DNA of 64,000 nt from Cyanophora paradoxa CCMP329 (lineage: Eukaryota > Plantae > Glaucophyta), in contig QPMI01000484.1 of assembly GCA_004431415.1 (NCBI GenBank), positions 62,001 to 126,000 on the forward strand. The letters run 5' to 3'. A program made the position numbers and the translations under genes. Shown here in pieces: positions 59,514-64,000 of this stretch. Position 1 is the stretch's first letter, and every line of letters begins with the position of its first letter. The notes under the pieces are model-generated. The model saw only the letters and a program-made list of their open reading frames with translations, had not been told where the DNA came from and made no database searches.

Positions 59514-62500
59514 TCACATTCCGAGCGCGAAGGCGGCGGCCGCGGCGAGGAACGCGGCGAGGGCGGCGAGGAGCGGGCTCGCCTGCTGCGCCGCCGCCGC
59601 TCCCATCGCGGGCCAGTACGGCACGCTCGACGTCGACCCCGCCGTGGACGCTGGCGGGGAAGTTAGAGAGCGCGTTAACGTTGCGGCCTCGGGCCCCGGG
59701 GTGCGGGGGACGGGGGGGGAGGGGCCGCGGGTGGCCGCGGGCGCACGGGCGAGGGCGCGGGAGATGGTGGAGGCGGTGACGTTGAAGCCGGGGATGTCGA
59801 GGCCCCCCGAGGCGGCCAGCGTCCGCAGCTGCGCCTCGATCGCCGCCAGCGACTTGGACGCTGCATGCGCACCCGCATCCGCCACCCGGCCCCGCGATCA
59901 GGCCCCAGCCCGGGAATTCGAAGGGGAGATGGGAGGGGGAGGCGGGGCGCGGACCGGCGGTGCTCCCGCCGAGCGCTTCGGTGATAAGGGTGGTGATCTC
60001 GAGGGAGGTCGCCCGCAGGCCGCGCCGCCGCGAGTTCTTCTCCTTCACGTCCGTCACGAAGATGCGGTCCTTGTCGACCGGCGGCGGCGGGTTGCTCAGC
60101 ACGTCCGCCACGCCCTTAATGTAGTTCTCCTGCGCAGCCCGGTTGAGGCACTGCAGCCGCCGCAAGCGCGCGTGGCGCCTGCAGCTGGCGCCGCCCTGTC
60201 TGGATCCGGAGACTCGCCTCGGTTTCCTCGTCGAAGTTCTCGGCGGTGGCGTTCTTGCCGCCGGGGAGCTCGAAGAGCGTGACGACGAACTCGACGGCGT
60301 TGACGCCCGGCGCCACGTTCGGCGCCGGCGTCCCCTTCGGCTTCGACGCTGCCGCGCGCCGCGGGGATCAGCCGTGGCGCGCGGCGCTCGCACCCAGCGG
60401 GGCGGGCGGCCGTAAGCGGGCTCACTCGGGGTCGGAGCCACCGGGGTCGGAGCCACCGGGGTGGGAGCGCCGCCGCCGGCACTGGCGCCGGCGCCGCCCG
60501 GAGGCGAGGGCGAGGGGCTCGCGATCGGGCTCGGCGAGGGGGTCCCGCTGGGGGACGGCGAGGGGGACGGGGCGGCTTGGACGCAGCGGCCGGCCGTGGG
60601 CGTCGGGAAGTTGCCCGTGGCGAAGAGCGTGAAGAGGGCGGGGCCGACGCTCGCGGCGGAGGCGAAGGTCGTCACGTTGACGGAGACCGTGTGCTTGCCC
60701 CGCGCCGACGCGGGGAGCGCGATTTGCTCCACGACGTTGAGGTTGTCAGGCCCCTGCGCGCGATGAAGGCCGGTCGCAAAAGCTGTGAGAGACTGCATGC
60801 AGCTGTAAATAAAAATCGACCACGATCCAAATGCACCGTCAAGCCGTTGGGGTAGTACTTCTTGCCGGTGCCCAGTTCCTGATCGCGATGGAGGGAAGAG
60901 GGATTATATATATTACGTGCAAGTTCGCGAAAGCTCAAGGGAGCTAGATGATTAGAGGGCGGACCACAACGGAGAGGTCCATGTTGTTGACGAGGGTCAG
61001 AGAGGCGCCGACCTCTGCGGCGGGGTCCAGGTAGACCTGCACCGCGCATCCGTATACAACAGCGTCGGGGATTGATCGCGATCAGCACTCGCGCGCCGAT
61101 GGCGACGAGCTCGAGCGCACGAGGGTGGTGCGGAAGGGGGCGGCGCCTCCGTCCTGCCCCGTCAAGTCGACGCAGAACTCGAAGGCGGCCCCGAGGTTCG
61201 CCGCTGTCACGTTCTTTTCGTGGAACCACATCCTGCGGTCGAGGGTGTAACCGTGCCATTAATATTGACGCACGACAGCTCGTAATCACAACTCGCGATC
61301 GCGAGTTCGAACGCACGAGAAGTTGGAGTCGGCGAAGCGCAGCGAGTGCGCCACGGTGGGCTGCCCCCATCCCTGATACCTGGTGCGCTGCACTTCAGCT
61401 CGCCCCCTCGCAGAGCCCGATGCGCGCCGGGCGCACTTGTCGGGCTTCTCGGTCTGCAGCGGGATTTTCACGAAGTTCGGCTCGCCGTCGGTGACAGCGC
61501 CGCCGAGCATGCGCGCCCCGTTCGTCAGGACCGCGCGGATCAGCGTGCTCGAAGGCGAAAATCCGTTCGAGGCCGTCTGCATGCACAGAGGCTTTGGTTA
61601 ACGTTGTCTGTACATCGAAGCTGGGCCGAACATATGCTAGAAGATGGTTCTAAAACTCGAACCTTGGAGCCCGTTGGGTAATATCTGATGCGGTGCGAGA
61701 TCATGATCATGATCGATATCATGATCATAAATATGATGCTTTGAACGCATGCGCATCACGCACCCCTCAACGAAATACTGGCGAACAAGAGTGGCAAGCC
61801 CCGCCATCTGCAATAAATTCCAAGGAGATTCGATCATGATCACGCCCAGCAACCCCAAACCGTTGAACTACCGTAGCACGCGCGCCCTGTCTATCCGAAA
61901 ATGCTCACCGCCGGGGTTGCCATCGACGTGCCGTGAATCGCCAGTAGAGCCGGCTTGACGCCTGGCGTGCCCGGGCCATCTGAAGCACGTTGCAAGAATG
62001 AGTCCGGATGCATCATGGCATTGCGCGCAACGTAAACACAAATCCGCCGCGCACATGCTGAGCACTGGTTCGACCTGCAACGTAAACGAAACAACGATTA
62101 GAATGAAGTCGACAGAAGTGCGACTCGACGTGCGATTGGAAGGGGCCGGCGAGCTTGAGATCGATATCTAGACGCACGTCCAGTTTTTGTCCGCGTTCGC
62201 CGAAACGATCTTGAAGCCCGGAGCCTGCGTGGGCGCACGCGCAACGCCCTCACGCGCGCGCGCCTGATCGAGCCGAGGAAATAGATGCGGACCACCAGAT
62301 CCGGCTGCGCGCATATGCATGATCAAAACTTTGGATTCGATGAAGACAAGGCCCGGGATCGGAATGGAAGGCTCGATCGTGTTCAATGAAATTGCGAACC
62401 TTGATGCGCCCATCGTGAGCAGGACCGCGAGATGAGAATGCTGCACCGGAAAACTATCAGTGCCACAAGTACACCCACAAACAAGAACAATTTAATCCTA

Positions 62501-62656
62501 GATCTTCATCCTGAGCAAATGCCAAGCTGCAGATTGTGCTGCAGGACATTTCGGCGACAGCGAGTTCGCGCACAGGCCATGTTGCTCTGGTTGTAAGCGC
62601 TTGTGTCAATGCGATCCCCGCAACAGCGGGCTACCCGCCAGTGCGTAAGTTTCCAT

Positions 62657-62695
<39 letters not shown>

Positions 62696-64000
62696 CAAAT
62701 GCATTGCACACCCTCTTGCCATCCCCTCGGAGTGAGGTCCGAACAGTCCACGCCCGAAGTTACGCATGCCGTGTCTGCTCAAACGTAGTAAGCTCAAAAG
62801 GCTGAGAATCAACAAATTGGTGGGCAAGGATCAGAGGCCGTACAGTATTCTTCGTCGAACTTGCCGAGGGTCTTCCAAGCTTCCACGGAGTTGTGAGAAG
62901 CGCCGACCGCGATGCAGTTCTTGCACGTTGCCGGCTGCCGGCACCACACAAAAGAAATTAGGCGTGCTCGTGTTCATTCGAATTCATACTATGATATTCC
63001 CGCTCGGCGCGGCGAGAGTGAACTCATTGTAATCTTAAGCTCGCGCATGCGCACGGCTGCGAGAGTGCCCTCGGCGGCGCCCCGTCTCCCTGCAGTGCGA
63101 GCGTAAATGAGCGAAAAGAGGTCGTACGCGTGTTTGGAGCAGGGTCGCACGTTGTTCCCGGCCGCGATGAGCACCAGGAAGTCCTGCAAGTACGCGGGAT
63201 TGAGCGCCCAGCGGGCCATCCAACGATAACGCTCCAGAACTTTCGCAGAAAGCTCAATCCAAGCAATGTCTAATGCACCTGCCTGCTGAACGAGAAAGCA
63301 TCGACATTCTTCGAATCGACGCTGTAGCGGTTACAGCTGTACACAGTTAGCGCGGTGTGAGATTGTATTGCTTGTACCAGCATCATCGCGAGGAGCAAAG
63401 CGTACGCACCTGGTTTGCTCGGGGAATGATGGGGCGCAACCATACTGCAATGAAAAATGTCAGACGAGAATTGAGAGGTTCGGTCCAAGACCTAAAATCG
63501 AGTCGGTCACCGAATTCGTGTGAACGCGTGCCCCGAGCTGCCGCGGCCGGTCAACGTTGCGGAATGTTATCACGGGCCGGAGATTCCTGCGAGCCCAGCT
63601 GCAGAGTTCGGTTTCACCTCGTATGCGGGCTGGAACAGGTCGAACAAGCTATCGGGGGTTGCCATGCCGCCAGCTTTAGAGAGAATGCCAAGGTGCTGCA
63701 ACAGACGGCGTCATCAGCCATAATCGATATCAGGCGTATACAAGGCAGCCCCAAACGGCAATGGCGATCCAAGATCGATATTTTTCTCGAAGCGCTGGCG
63801 ATCCATGATCGATCGCGAATTCAAGCGGATCGGACCTGGAAGAAGAGCTGCGCCTCGTACGCGATCCCGTTGTACTTGGACATCTGAGGGCGCGCGCGGA
63901 TCGCGCTCAGCACACCCGGCGTCCGCCGCTGGCCATGGCGCCCTGGACGGGCCCGCCGTGCACCTCCGCGGCCTCCGTCGCGTTCGCCCAGTCGGTCGGG
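59514..64000 (-). CDS. Subtilisin-like S8 serine protease (KP-43/TagC-like), 3' portion, with a hydrophobic GPI-signal-like tail
   Basis: DFLVLIAAGN (oxyanion Asn), PATCKNCIAVGAS, SSRGPAHDGRIK|PDLV|APG, HGTSMATPA (catalytic Ser 61926-61924), VRQYFVEG, QGWG, LVNNMDL, DNLNVVEQI. Ends PLLAALAAFLAAAAAFALGM*. The N-terminal catalytic Asp/His lie beyond the window. Confidence 0.85.

Overview
GC-rich, intron-dense eukaryotic genomic DNA. Donors are mostly GTGCG/GTCCG, several are GCGCG, and acceptors are mostly (C/G)CAG. The style suggests an alga, possibly a glaucophyte (inference only). Most listed ORFs are GC-rich noise, so I assembled the real genes by hand from spliced exons. In order, the window holds: the 5' part of an intronless Gag/zinc-knuckle retroelement with a >1,180-codon second ORF running off the left edge; a histidine phosphatase; a soluble-adenylyl-cyclase (ADCY10)-like STAND protein; an LRR protein; KEOPS subunit Pcc1; a 13.4-kb signalling gene; two hypothetical genes; an AP2-like protein with Ala-rich tandem repeats; a mitochondrial carrier with four C-terminal EF-hands; an ARM-repeat protein; a TRAF-like RING protein; and the 3' part of a subtilisin. 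The top candidate for a new system is the 13.4-kb gene at 24651-38038. It encodes TM - cyanobacterial-type extracytoplasmic sensor - TM - HAMP - FixL-type heme-PAS - adenylyl cyclase - class I phosphodiesterase in one phase-consistent reading frame. A second recurring signal is in the introns. Many carry decayed copies of neighbouring splice junctions, of other introns, or of sequence up to 8 kb away in the same gene, and these copies show repeated CpA/TpA differences.
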